Shown in pieces: positions 13,308 through 25,185 of a DNA stretch of 64,000 nucleotides. Origin of the DNA: Malacoraja senta (Eukaryota). The stretch's first letter is position 1. Each line of letters starts with the position of its first letter. The translations under genes were made by a program, and so were the position numbers. The DNA lies in contig CM075977.1 of NCBI GenBank assembly GCA_038087875.1, forward strand, positions 243,102,001 to 243,166,000, in the 5' to 3' direction. The notes under the pieces are model-generated. The model had not been told where the DNA came from, searched no databases, and saw only the letters and a list, made by a program, of their open reading frames with translations.

Positions 13308-13660
13308 ACACTTCAACTCCCCCTCCCATTCCGAATCCGACCTTTCTGTCCTGGGCCTCCTCCATGGCCAGAGTGAGCACCACCGGAAATTGGAGGAGCA
13401 GCACCTCACTTGGGCAGTTTGCACCCTAGCGGCATGAACATTGACTTCTCCAACTTCCAGTAACCCTTGCTGTCTCCTCCCCTTCTCAGCTCTCTCTCAG
13501 CCCCCTGGCTCCACCTCTTCCTTTCTCCTTTCTTCTCCCCCCCCCCCCCCCCAACCCTACATCAGTCTGAAGAAGGGTTTTGGCCCGAAACGTTGCCTAT
13601 TTCCTTCGCTCCATAGATGCTGCTGCACCCGCTGAGTTTCTCCAGCACTTTTGTCTACCT
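13308..13660 (+). mobile_element. Penelope-like element 3' end (GIY-YIG endonuclease C-terminus, 3' UTR, hammerhead motif)
   Basis: Translates HFNSPSHSESDLSVLGLLH...RKLEEQHL...LGSLHPSGMNIDFSNF, followed by CTGAAGAAGGGTTTTGGCCCGAAACGTT. Confidence 0.9.
13563..13598 (+). ncRNA. Minimal type I hammerhead ribozyme motif
   Basis: CUGAAGA core (13567-13573), GGGU/GCCC stem II, GAAAC (13587-13591), then GUU triplet with palindromic AACGUU stem III. Confidence 0.7.
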
Positions 13661-13789
13661 ATCATAATTACAGCTCTGAAGTTGTTGATTCTTTAATGCA
13701 TTGGATTCTGTGACTATTGCAATAATTGTTATAGGAAGTTGGTTATAGAAAGCCGCCTTTAGAATTTACAATTTATAGAAGCCAAATAA

Positions 13790-13925
13790 TCTACCAACCT
13801 GTACGTCTTTGCAGTGTCGGAGGAAACTGGAGTACCCAGAGAAAACCCACGGGATCACAGGGAGAATATACAAACTCCATGGCGCTGTAAAGCAGCAACT
13901 CTACCGCCGTGCCACTGTGCCGCCC
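13790..13925 (-). mobile_element. tRNA-derived SINE (HE1-like), partial
   Basis: Reverse complement begins GGCGGCACAGTGGCACGGCGGTAGAGTTGCTGC (A-box). Shares its body with other copies in the window. Confidence 0.8.
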
Positions 13926-14205
13926 CTCCTACAAAAATATTGATGTACAATATACAAGAATTAGGAAGAATGTAAATGTGGTTCAGTAAAATCTGCATGG
14001 TAATAAGCAGGTGGAACAAAGCAAACACAACATATGCTGAAGAGGCTCAGATTACATGAAAAGATTTGTGCGCCGTTAATACCAAGCTGTTCAGAATTTT
14101 AAAAAGCTGAATATTAGAGAGATTGTGGCAATACAGCTATATCATAAGATGGGTGAATGTTTCAGAGAGGTTCAGATCTCAGCAAGAGAGAGCCATGAAT
14201 AGTAA

Positions 14206-14506
14206 AAGCCCTGTCCCACGGTACGAGTTCATTCCAAGAGCTCTCCCGAGTTTAAAAAAAACCAAACTCGTGGTAAGCACGGAGAATGAACGTAGCGGGT
14301 ACGTCGGAGCTCGGGGACGTGTCTTAGCGGCTCTTAACGCTAACGGCAGGTACTCGGGAAGACTCGTGAAGATTTTTCAACATGTTGAAAAATGTCCATG
14401 AGAGCCCCGAGATCCGACGAGTGGCCATTACCATAAATCTCCGAGTTCGAATCAGGGCAACCTCGGGAGAGCTCTTGGAATGAACTCGTACCGTGGGACA
14501 GGGCTT
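14206..14506. mobile_element. MITE, PIF/Harbinger-like, with TAA TSD
   Basis: About 45-bp perfect TIR AAGCCCTGTCCCACGGTACGAGTTCATTCCAAGAGCTCTCCCGAG. TAA at 14203-14205 and 14507-14509. Confidence 0.92.
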
Positions 14507-14524
14507 TAAGGAAAATTGTGAGTT

Positions 14525-15575
14525 GGGCAGCACAGTGGTGCAGTGGTAATGGGCCTGTCCCACTTAGGCATTTTTTTAGGTGACTGCAGGAGACTATGGA
14601 GTCGCCACATGGTCGCCACATGTTCGCGAGTAGTTATCGGGGTGTCGTCTTCATGGTCGCGAGGAGTTCCCGCATTCTGGGAACTAGTCGTGGCCTCATT
14701 ATGGTTGGCGAAAAATTTTCAACATGTTGAAAAATTAGCGGCGACTAGAATGAAGCCGCCATGGAGAGTAGCGAGAATTCTCGTGCCGTAGGTGGGTCGA
14801 TAGGAGGTCCTAGTGGGTTGCCATGAGGTTGAAGGTTCTCGGAGGTTCTAGTCGGTTGTAGCCGGTGCTGACAGGTGAATTTCATTGGCTCATTGGGGAA
14901 AAAAAAGGTAAGCAGTCGTTTTCAGAACCAAGGATATCCGACCGGTAATGTTAAATGTCCGCCGAGCTTCACAGCCTTGTATCTCTGGCTTCTTAAAAGT
15001 TGTCTCCACTCCATCTCCCGCCTTCCCCCCCCTCTTTTAACGGACTTACCATACACTGTTCTTTAGCCGTATTAATTACAGCACCAACCTTCCTGTTCAT
15101 CGCGGAGTGTGTCTGTATCACCTTGACTTTGCACCGTGTGAATTTTTTAGACGGTGCTCCCCCCGCTTGCCCTGTCCCCCGCCTGCATTACGGGCTGGTG
15201 AAGGAAGCGATGTGTTATTGTGTGTGTGTGTGTTCCAATCTGACAGTCGGCGTTCCGGTTGCCGGTTTTTGAAGCGACTGCCGGCAACTTGACAGTCGCT
15301 GGCAGTCCGTTGAAAAATCGCCTAAGTGGACAGGCTCATTACAGAACCAGAGATCAGGGTTCAATCCTGACTATGAGTGCTGTCTGTATGGAGAGCATAC
15401 AGTATCTCTGGGTGCTCCCGTTTCTTCCCATGCTCTAAAAGACGTACAGGTTTGGAGGTTAATTGGCTTTGTAAATTGTAAATTGTCCCTGGTGTGTAGG
15501 ATAGTGCAGGGTGATCGCTGGTTGTAGTGGACTCAGTGGGCAGAAGGACCTGTTACTATGCCGTATCTCTATAGT
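14525..15575 (+). mobile_element. tRNA-derived SINE interrupted by a TIR element
   Basis: A-box GGGCAGCACAGTGGTGCAGTGGTA before 14549. B-box GGTTCAATCC and SINE body after 15340. Confidence 0.8.
14549..15339 (+). mobile_element. Non-autonomous TIR DNA transposon (about 790 bp), TA-flanked
   Basis: TIR ATGGGCCTGTCCCACTTAGGC / GCCTAAGTGGACAGGCTCAT. A second copy lies inverted at 53983-54714. Confidence 0.9.
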
Positions 15576-15699
15576 ATAGTAAATTTAACTTATTATTCCT
15601 GAAGCGAATCATACAATTGTGCACGAAGGACTGATACAGAACATGATTGCAATTAGTTAAAAGGTAGGTCCAAAGATGAATGCTACATCAACATTTGTG

Positions 15700-15797
15700 G
15701 ATAGACACAAAGTGCTGGAGTATTTCAGCGGGACATGCAGCATCTCTGGATAGAAGGATTGGGCGATGTTTCTGGTCGAAACCCTTCTTCAGACTGA
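15700..15797 (-). mobile_element. Penelope-derived short element with degenerate hammerhead motif
   Basis: GACACAAAGTGCTGGAG...GATGTTTCTGGTCGAAACCCTTCTTCAGAC. Confidence 0.8.
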
Positions 15798-16696
15798 GCA
15801 TCTGTTGTCTCCAAGATCAATACAAGCAGCATCAGTATAGTTATGAAGATCAAATGAAAATGTTTTTAAAAAAAAACAATGACTTGATTAAACTTGTAAA
15901 TGTGTTATTGTTGTTAAATTAGTTTACTCTTTCTTATTTTTTGACAGGGAAAAGTAATGCAGTGTTCATAAATGAATGTGGTGTCACAACATGACATATT
16001 TGGTCCCGTGTGTATCATATTGCACATGTGCACTTTTAACTGTTTCCAATGTATCACTGAATATTCTGCATTTAATCACTACCAACTAGTACTCACAGCT
16101 GCATGTACATGACATTTATGAGAAAATGAACTGGTGGGCTAGATTGTTCTGAGGAATATTTCAAACCAGATCTTCAATTCTTTGGGTTATCAGGTTAATT
16201 CTATCCAATGTGAAAATAATTGAGAGAACAATGTAAAAATGTTCTCAAATTTCTACGTATTTAATTTACTTCAATACATTTATTCAGTCAACTAATTATT
16301 CCATTATTTTTGTACAAATGATGAATAATTTTGAACTAAATTCTCTCATAATTATTTTTAAATGATAGATTCCTCTTTGAATCCAATCTACAGTTGCAGT
16401 GATTTTCCCTTTTGTCACTTTCCAACCAATACTTCAATCGACCTTCCTTGTTGAATGGTTATTAAACTAACAAATCAAATAGGTTATAATTTCAGAATGA
16501 CAAGGAATATATTATTCGACAGGCATTTTAATGATAAAACACTGTTATATAATTACCACATTAATAAAATGCTAGGTAATATTACAGCAATATACTAATT
16601 TCTTGAGAAAACTATTTTTACTGGAGAAGTATCTCCAAGAAATTATAATCCAGTCATAAAATGTTTAATTATCCCAAATTAATGCGCAACTTAACT

Positions 16697-16972
16697 GGGC
16701 AGCACAGTGATGTAGCTGGAAGGGCTGCAGCCTCACAGCTCCAGAAAACTGGGATGATCCTGACCTCAGGTGCTGTCTGTGGGGAGTTTGCACCTTCTCC
16801 ATGGATTTCCTCTGGATTCCTTCCACATCTCATCTGTAAAATTGCCCTTGATGAGTAGGAGTGGATGGGAGAGTACGATAATGTAAAAACTAGTGTAAAA
16901 GATGATTGATGATTTGCATGGACTCGATGGGGTAAAAGGACTGTGTCCATGCTGTATCTCTAAACTAAAACT
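16697..16972 (+). mobile_element. tRNA-derived SINE
   Basis: GGGCAGCACAGTG head, GCTGTCTGTGGGGAGTTTGCAC core, CTCTAAACTAAAA tail. Confidence 0.8.
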
Positions 16973-17504
16973 GAAAGCATATTAAATATTAAAAATTGTG
17001 GTTAAAAAAAGACACAAAGTGCTGGAGTAACTCAATGGGTTGCTGCTTGTCCACCCATTCTCAAACCCCAGTCCATCTGCTTCTGCAACAAACCCCTGAG
17101 CCAAACTTATCATTCCCTGTGATCAAAGCAATGAACTACCTTGCACCAAGCGATACATATTAAAAACAAAGTTGCTTTGGTAAATCACACACATACATGA
17201 TATAACAGCATGATTTAAATGTTTTAAAGAGGTAAAACAAATGTAAATGTAGTTTAAACTTTCCAAAAACTAGAAACTAGCATGTTTAGTGACTTTTGCA
17301 AATGACTGCTATTAATAAACATGGCAAATATTTTTCCACAATTTTAATTATCTTGTCAGCAATTAATCTGCAATATTTTGAAGTCTATTCTGCAATGTAG
17401 CTTAGGCCACAACCAAAGACAATAATAGCAGAGGACAGTCTTAAATCAATAGTACCATTAGCTACATTGCTTAGAATCGACATATGACTATACCAAGAAC
17501 CAAT

Positions 17505-17805
17505 GAGCAGCACAGTGCTGTTACGGTAGAGTTGCTGCCTTACAGCGCCAAAGACCCGGATACGATCCTGACTACAGGTGCTGTCTGTACAGAGTTTGTA
17601 CGTTCTCCTGTGACCACGTGGGTTTTCTCTGCATGCTTCTGTTTCCTCTCAAATTCCAAAGACGTCTGTTGATTAATTGGCTTCTTAAAATTGTCCCTAA
17701 AGTGTGTAAGATGGAACTAGTGTATGGGTGATCGCTGATCGGTGTGGACTCGGTGGGCCAACGGCCCTGTTTCCACGTTGTATCTCTAAACAAAACTAAA
17801 CTAAA
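17505..17805 (+). mobile_element. tRNA-derived SINE
   Basis: GGTAGAGTTGCTGCCTTACAGCGCCAAAGACCCGGATACGATCC head and (AAACT)n tail. Confidence 0.88.
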
Positions 17806-18589
17806 TGCTAATCATTCCCATCGCACAGAAGTGCATCATTAAGGAGCATTTTAATCAATCTATACAGTACAGTGATCTTGGGTAGTTTGGTAATGTGCCC
17901 ATTTTATTTAAAAACAAAATGTTTGCATTGGTTTCATGTTTTAATATCAACATATGTTACAAATATAGAGACGTAACTGGAATCAAGGCATTGTCATCAG
18001 ATTACAGGTAATTGGATTGGGACAGTTTCAATGAGCTGACATTATGCGAGATCAGATTAATCTCTACTAAATCTCTCGGGTCATTACAATAGAATTAACA
18101 TCCAGCCCATGGAACAAGCAAATTTCATTAATGCAACACACCTGGTCCATGTGGTGGCAACCAAACATAACAATCTCATAGCACTATTCGAGTGCAAGGA
18201 TTTGGTGGTGGGTTTGGAGGAATGTCGAGTTGTGGGGGCAGGGAGGAGATTGGGTATGGTTTTAACCCTTCTTACTCATGGTAACTAAGCCAGTAATTAA
18301 GCAGGTCCCTCTTCGATGTAACCCGGCATCTGCAGTTCCTTCCTAAACAGGTAATTAGTTAAAGTTGTTTAGGTTGCTTGCTTATTCCAAAGACACCAGG
18401 AGATGATGAAACACTCTTTAACATACTCAGCCAAACAAGCAAGAAAGACACTCACTCAAAGTTAAAGGAGTCCCATATTTCTTACAGCCACACAACATGT
18501 ATTGATGACACCAATAAGATTCAAACACATCTTTAACTTGAATGCCTAAATGGGATCTCAGTGAATGGTTTCCTGTCAAATTAACCTAG

Positions 18590-19900
18590 TAGAAACATGA
18601 GACAAATTGCTGGAGTAACTTGGTGTGTCAGGCAGATTGTAGTGGGGGAGTGAACACCAGATGGTTGGGGGCAGGACAAAGAAGTCAAGTGGTAGGTGGA
18701 TATGTGCCAATTTTTTTTCAAATGGTGAACAAAGACCACAGATGAAAAGGCAAAAGTTATGAGATATGGAGATAACGACAGAAGAGGTGCAGATTATGAT
18801 GCTGGAAGAAGAAATATGGGTGGAAGGAGACTGGGGGATTGAGAAGGGGAGAAATGGTTCTGAATCCAGATGAGGCACAGGGAAGAAAGGGGGAATAAAG
18901 GTGTTGGGGGGAGGGGAGGGGGAGGAGGAGGAGGGGGGGAGGAGGAGGGGGGGGAGGAGGAGGAGGGGGGGAGGGGGGGAGGAGGGGGGGAGGAGGGGGG
19001 GGAGAAGGTGGGAGGGTAATTGCTTGTTTGTTAGTTACCTAAAATTAGATAATTCAATTTGTGGTTATAGTGAGGTTGTAAGCTACCCAAGTGGAATATG
19101 TGGTGCTGTTTCTCCAGTTTCTGTGTGGCATTGAAGGAAGCCCAAGACAGAAAGTTTATTATCGGAATGGGAAGGAGTATTAGCAACTGATTTGCCAAAA
19201 TGGTTGCCTATTCTATGTTTGAGTCTCGCCGGTTTAAAGGAGGCCACATTGGGAACACCAAATGCAGTATATGAGGTTAGAGGCGGTGCACATGAACCCC
19301 TGTCTCCTATGGAAGAACTGCTGGAGTCCCTGGATGGATGTGGAGGAGGAGGTATAGGGATAGGTGTTACACTGCAGAGGGCTTGGGTGGGAAGGGATAA
19401 GTCAAGGAGTTGTGGAAGGAGCTGTCTCTGCAGAAAGCTGAAAGAAGTGGAGTTGGGAAAAAGTGACTGGTGATGGGATCAAGTTGAAGTTGGCAGAAAT
19501 GTGTGAGATGTTGGATTCGGAGGCTGGTGGGTGAAAGGTAAGGACCAAGGAAACTCTATTCTTGTTACGTCTGAGGGTTGGGGGAATGGGAGCAGACTAT
19601 GGATTACAGAGGGGATTCAGGTGAGGAACCTATCTATGACGGTGGAGGGAAACCACATTTATAAAAGAAAGAAGACATGGTTTTCCTTAATATTGTTGAT
19701 CAGAGCTATCCCTTACCCCCTTATTTCCTTCTTATCTACTGAATGCCCCACAGTCTCCAAATCTCCTCCAGGGATACACGTGATACCAACTGCCTATATC
19801 TGTCCCACGTCTCCTTCTTTTTCCTGACCAGTGCTTCAATATCACGTCATCCAAGCATTCCTTACTCCCATCTACCTTGTCTTTCACTGTAACAGGAGCA
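18590..19900 (-). mobile_element. Decayed Penelope-like element fragments, including a purine-rich GGA/G tract at 18900-19015
   Basis: Reverse complement resembles the GIY-YIG C-terminus at 13308-13460 (KLEKQHHIFHLGSLQP) and its 3' UTR. Confidence 0.65.
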
Positions 19901-20269
19901 TGCATGCCCTGAACTCTTATGGTTGTGGAACCATTTTAACTACCCTTTCTCAATTTGCCCTGTGGTTATTTATGGTGTTGCCTTGTGAGCGATCCAGAGA
20001 TCTTCAGGATGGAAATAGTCCATTAAGGATCTAGTACTTCCACAATACAATTACATTTTAAGTACTATTTTCTTGATATCTTGAAGATATGAAGAATTTT
20101 GATTCCTCCCTAATCATGCACTGTTGTAATTGCTCCTGTAGTTCTCTCTGGTTGCTAACTATATTAAATTAACAAGGTATAATATCCATAAATGATTCCA
20201 CATGGAAACTGTTTCCTTATCCCAAGTAATAGCCACATGAGGAAACCACCACAGGACAAATGTAAAAAT

Positions 20270-20462
20270 ATGTTAGAAGGAACTGCAGATGCTGGTTTAA
20301 ACCGAAGATCGACACAAAAAGCTGGAGTAACTGAGCGGGACAGGCAGCATCTCTGGAGAGAAGGAATGGGTGACGTTTCTTGACCCGAAACGTCACCCAT
20401 TCCTTCTCTCCAGAGATGCTGCCTGTCCCGCTGAGTTCCTCCAGCTTTTTGTATCTATCTTC
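20270..20462. mobile_element. Palindromic Penelope-derived short element (centre deleted)
   Basis: Two inverted arms of about 75 bp meet at GTGACGTTTCTTGACCCGAAACGTCAC. Confidence 0.88.
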
Positions 20463-20514
20463 ACGACAAATGTAAACATTGAATTCAAAACCCATTTAGC
20501 TTTTAGAAAGTATA

Positions 20515-20928
20515 CATGAGAGTAACAGATCAGGTATAGAATCTCTTGCTCAGAGTAGGGGAATCATGGACTAGAGGATATAAGTTTAAGATGAGGGGGG
20601 AAAGATTTACTAGGAACCTGAGGGGTAACTTTTTCACACAGAGAGTGGTGGGTACATGGAAGGAGCTGCCAGAGGAGGTAGTTGAGGTGAGGTAGTTCAA
20701 GTGTATCCCAGGAGGTGTTTTGGAGACACCCTTAAGAAGGAAATAAGAGGGTACTATAACAACATTTGAAAGACATTTGGACAAGTACATGGCTAAGACA
20801 GGATTAGAGGGACAGGGGCCAAACACAGGCAGTTGCACTAGTGTAGATGGGACATGTTGGTGGGTGTGGGCAAGTTGGGCCGAAAGGCCTGTTTCCACAC
20901 TGTATGATCCTATGACTCTATAACTCTA
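20515..20928 (+). mobile_element. CR1 LINE 3' fragment
   Basis: CTTTTTCACACAGAGAGTGGTGG (FFTQRVV) and CTATGACTCTA tail. Confidence 0.85.
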
Positions 20929-21164
20929 AGATCACATTCTGGTTTATACTAAAGATTGTAATGATGTACAACACAAAGAACAAGAGATATTAATGATGTT
21001 ATAGCATTGTACATCATTACATTCTCTGGTATATTTTTAGTTTATAGGTACTGTTACTGATTTGAACTCCACCTTCATTACCCGATTGTAGAAGTTAACC
21101 CAAGCCTTCAAAGTGTGGGTTAATTCATCCTAGTGATCTTTGCGTCATTCACAGGGTAACACCA

Positions 21165-21422
21165 TAAATCATCGCAGGGCATATTGTAGAAGGAGAGTTA
21201 AAATGGTTAGCAACTGAGAGATCCAGCAGGCCTTGGCTGAGTGATGGAGAAATTGGGAGTAGGGGATGACTTCTTTGTAAGATGCAGGGTGGGAGGAGGT
21301 ATGGTCCAAATATCCATGGCAGTCAATGGGTTTGCAGTAGATGTCAGTCAATAGTCTACTTCCCTGTGATGGAGACAGAGAGAACAAAAAAGTGTATAAA
21401 GAGATCAGAATAGTCCAGGTGA
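21165..21422 (-). mobile_element. Penelope-like RT fragment (host site of DIRS B)
   Basis: ORF 21169-21387 TDIYCKPIDCHGYLDHTSSHPASYKEVIPYSQF matches the PLE RT-thumb region. Confidence 0.85.
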
Positions 21423-24400
21423 ATTTTACTTCGGAGTCACGTGAGTGACTACGTGAAAACCCCGCCAGTGCGCCTGCGCGTCATTACGTCAGACGCCTTG
21501 ACGCAAACGGACGTGAGGAGCAGAGCTCCTACAGTGGTTTGTAGTTTTTCAACTACAAGGTAAGTAAAAACTTTTTTCATGTTTTCCAGGTCCGTTTACT
21601 GTGGGTCTATGGGGATTTTTACCACAGACGCCATGGAAAAAACGGACAGGGGGAAGAGGCGAGCGACACAGCCGACAGAAAGTCGGGAGTCCGCGGTTAG
21701 AGACCAACCACCTCTAAACCCCGGTACAGTCGCCAGCGGTGAGCATAGCGACTGTGGACATGGGGCTGGTGTCCATGTCTTTTGCCCGTCAGCGCCTGTC
21801 GGGCAAAAGACAAAGTTTAAATCCCAACGGCCCACGGAGGGAGTCCCAGGCAATGGAAGTAGCTCCAGGGCTAGATACTGCTTTCGAGCGTATTGCCCAA
21901 ATAGAAAGCCTTTTACATAGGCTGTTGGAGCAAAGTTCACTCAGGGAGGAGTGTACTGAAAGCCAAGCTGCTGGAAACAGCTCAAACAGCTCCTGGTACA
22001 GGGCTAGATACTGCTTTCGAGCGTATTGCCCAAATCGAAAGCCTTTTTCATAGGCTGTTGGAGCAAAGTTCACTCAGGAAGGAGTGTACTGTAATCCAAG
22101 CTGCAGGAGCAGCTTAACAGCACCTGGCTCAGGGCTGATGGAATACACCCTCAGAAATGAGGAGAGTGCTACGGGTCATGAGATTTCAGACCCCGACTCT
22201 GACGGTGAGGCTGTACAAGGCGATGAACGGCAGCTGCCAGATGTTCCACCCCTGGCAGTAGGATTCACTGCCCCGTCAGGGTCAGGAGAGCCATCAGGAG
22301 AAGAACTGGCCTCCTTAATAAATTACTTGGTTTACCATTAGCTGGAACAGCAGGAAATGGATGAGACTGCAAGAAGTAACTGTGGGTTGCTGAAAGCAGC
22401 AGCAGTGAACCAAATTATCTGGAATCAGTTGCAGAGAATATTAAAGCTGCTGGGTTCTGGAATAACTGCTTTTACCAGAATAGCAGGTAACAACCAAAAG
22501 ATGACGAAGTTGCATCAGCAAGCACTGGGGTTGCTATGCAGCACCCACTTCGAGATCAATTATCTGAGGAAGGTGCTATACGGCCTACTATGAATCCGAA
22601 ATTCGCAGCACTCTGCAAACCAAGTAATATACAATTACCCAACTTACTCTTTGGAGAGGATCTCGGGAGACGTATTAAAGAGTTGGAAGATGAAGCGAAA
22701 ACAGGATTGATAAATACATCAATGGTTGCAAAGTCTGTAAAGAGGAAGTATCCTTTCAGACGTCATACGGATCCTAGACCAGGACCAAGTCGCTCATCAA
22801 CGCAGGGACGTAGCTGGCAGCCTGCAGCGGGAGTAAGGAGCAGTGGTTGTGCTTCCGGGAGAATCCAGGGATCTCAGAATACTCAAATGACTCAAGAGGT
22901 AGGTGGACCTGGTTCTCAGGGGAACATACTAACTGGATTAAGTCCAAAAGTTGGAGGCAGATTACGTCTCTTCTATAAACATTGGATGAAGATTACTTCA
23001 GATGTGGTAATTCTGAATAATATACAAGGATTTCGAATTGAATTCAATCCAAATTATGATTTGCCTGTCCAGCATGTTCCTAGCAGAACTCTCCACTTTG
23101 CGAAGTAATGGAGGTTCAAGTTGCGCTTCAAAACCCTATTTATAAAAGGTGTTATTAAAGAATCAGTCTACCAAATTCACCAATTTGGGTCAAATATATT
23201 CCCTCGATCAAAAAAGGATGTAGGATTATTATAGACTTGACAAGTCTGAATCCTTTTGTTCAGTGTTTGTTCACTTGCAAGATATGAAGTATTTTAAATT
23301 TACACGGATGAACCAATTAGGGCAGTTCAAAGCTCAGCCTAAAGGGTTAACGTTCCCTTCCAGAATATTTATAAAAATCAATTCTGGGGTTGCTGAGAGC
23401 CAGGGGCATGTACTAATGGCATACCTGGATGATGTCCTGATTATAGGAAGGACAAAACAGTCAACAGAAGCATCGGTTGCAGTAATAAAATCAAACATTT
23501 GAAAGTTTGGGGGTTTCTAAATTCATCCAAAGAAATCAAGGTTAAAAACATGTTCCTCGATTAATTATTCGGGGTTCACAATTGATTTAGCCCAAATGCA
23601 AATTACTTTGCCCAGTGAAAAAAGGGTGGAGTTGATTAAAGATTGCAGTAATCTGTTAAACGAGCAAAAACCTCTAATCAGACAGGTGGCTCGAGTACTG
23701 GGAAAATTAGTAGATTCCCAGCAGTCCAGTATGGACCATTACATTATCAACAGCTGCAGAGAATTAAAGAACAGGCACTGAGACTAAATGCTGGTCATTT
23801 TGATAGAACCATGCAAGTAACAACAAATGCTGTTTCTAAGCTGCAGTGGTGGATTCTACATGTCTCAAGCAGTTCAGGCAAAGTGCTGATTGAACAACCT
23901 TCCATGATATTACAAACTGATGCCAGTGCACTAGGATGGGGTGCAACTGACTTAACATGGAGCTGCGGAGGCAGATGGAATCAGGAAAAGTTAGTGTTAC
24001 TGCAGACATGGGGAATTACCTATTTGGAGCATTTAGGAGGTTTCTATGGACTCCAAGCTTATGGTTCTAACACAACTAAAAGGAAGGTTCAAGTTCAATT
24101 TAATAAACACAACAGTAGTTGCCTATATTAATGATATGGGTGGAATTAAGTCGGTGTCATGTGACAAAATGGTTAAATCAACTTTGGTCTTGGTGTATTG
24201 AAAAGAACATTTGGATTTCAGCTATCTATCTACCAGGTAGAATGAACACGATAGCAGACACCTGGTCACGAAAAGTTCCATGATAATAAAGAATGGATGT
24301 TGAATCAAGAGGTATTCAATGATATAGTGATCAGATTTGGAATGACCGACATCGACTTGAATCATCAGCTATCGAGATATATCTCATGGAAACCAGATCC

Positions 24401-24648
24401 AGGAGCAGTGGCGATTGATGCTTTCTCGCTACATTGGGGTGGTATGTTTTCATATATATTTCCACCTTTCTGCCTCATAAGCCAATGTTTGCTTAAAATC
24501 AGGCAAGATGCTGCTTCAAGGGTATTGGTAGTACCACATTGGCCTATACAGCCATGGTATCTGTTGATATTAGAATTAACAACACAAATGTTGATGAAAG
24601 TCCCAAAAAGGAGTAATTTATTGCTGCACCCTGTAACAGGGTAACAAC
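21423..24648 (+). mobile_element. DIRS1-type retrotransposon, copy B (decayed; 3' part lost in the assembly gap)
   Basis: Left terminus ATTTTACTTCGGAGTCACGTGAGTGACTACGTGAA. Motifs: gag (AIRPTMNPKFA), RT (MAYLDDVLI), RH (LQTDASALGWGA), MT (YIFPPF). Confidence 0.93.
21866..22136 (+). repeat. About 133-bp tandem duplication within gag of DIRS B
   Basis: CAGGGCTAGATACTGCTTTCGAGCGTATTGCCCAAAT starts at both 21866 and 21999. Confidence 0.92.
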
Positions 24649-24848
24649 NNNNNNNNNNNNNNNNNNNNNNNNNNNNNNNNNNNNNNNNNNNNNNNNNNNN
24701 NNNNNNNNNNNNNNNNNNNNNNNNNNNNNNNNNNNNNNNNNNNNNNNNNNNNNNNNNNNNNNNNNNNNNNNNNNNNNNNNNNNNNNNNNNNNNNNNNNNN
24801 NNNNNNNNNNNNNNNNNNNNNNNNNNNNNNNNNNNNNNNNNNNNNNNN
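24649..24848. other. Assembly gap (200 N)
   Basis: Run of N. Confidence 1.
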
Positions 24849-24924
24849 TGGTAGCATTTTTTTCTAAAATCAAAGCACAGTGCAAACAGGAAGTGGTCAA
24901 GATGAGACTTTTAATTATATAGAT

Positions 24925-25185
24925 ATGGTCATAGTCATACAACGTGGAAACAGGCCCTTTGGCCCAATTTTCTCATGCCGACCAACATGCCCCATCTACA
25001 TTAGTCCCTCAAAACCTATCCTATCCATGTACTTGTCTAGCTGTTTCTTAAACGTTGTAATAGTACCTGCCTCAATACCTCCTCCGGCAGCTCGTTCCAT
25101 ACACCTACCATCCTTTGTGTGAAAAAGATACCCCTCAGTTTCCTATTAAATCTTTCCCCCTCACCTTAAACATATGTCCTTTGGT
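24925..25185 (-). mobile_element. CR1 LINE 3' fragment
   Basis: Reverse complement of the CR1 3' end (TGTGTGAAAAAG, GGAAACAGGCCCTTTGGCCC). Confidence 0.8.

Noticed and set aside
17505-17580. tRNA genes
   Set aside because: These are degenerate tRNA-derived SINE heads attached to SINE bodies.
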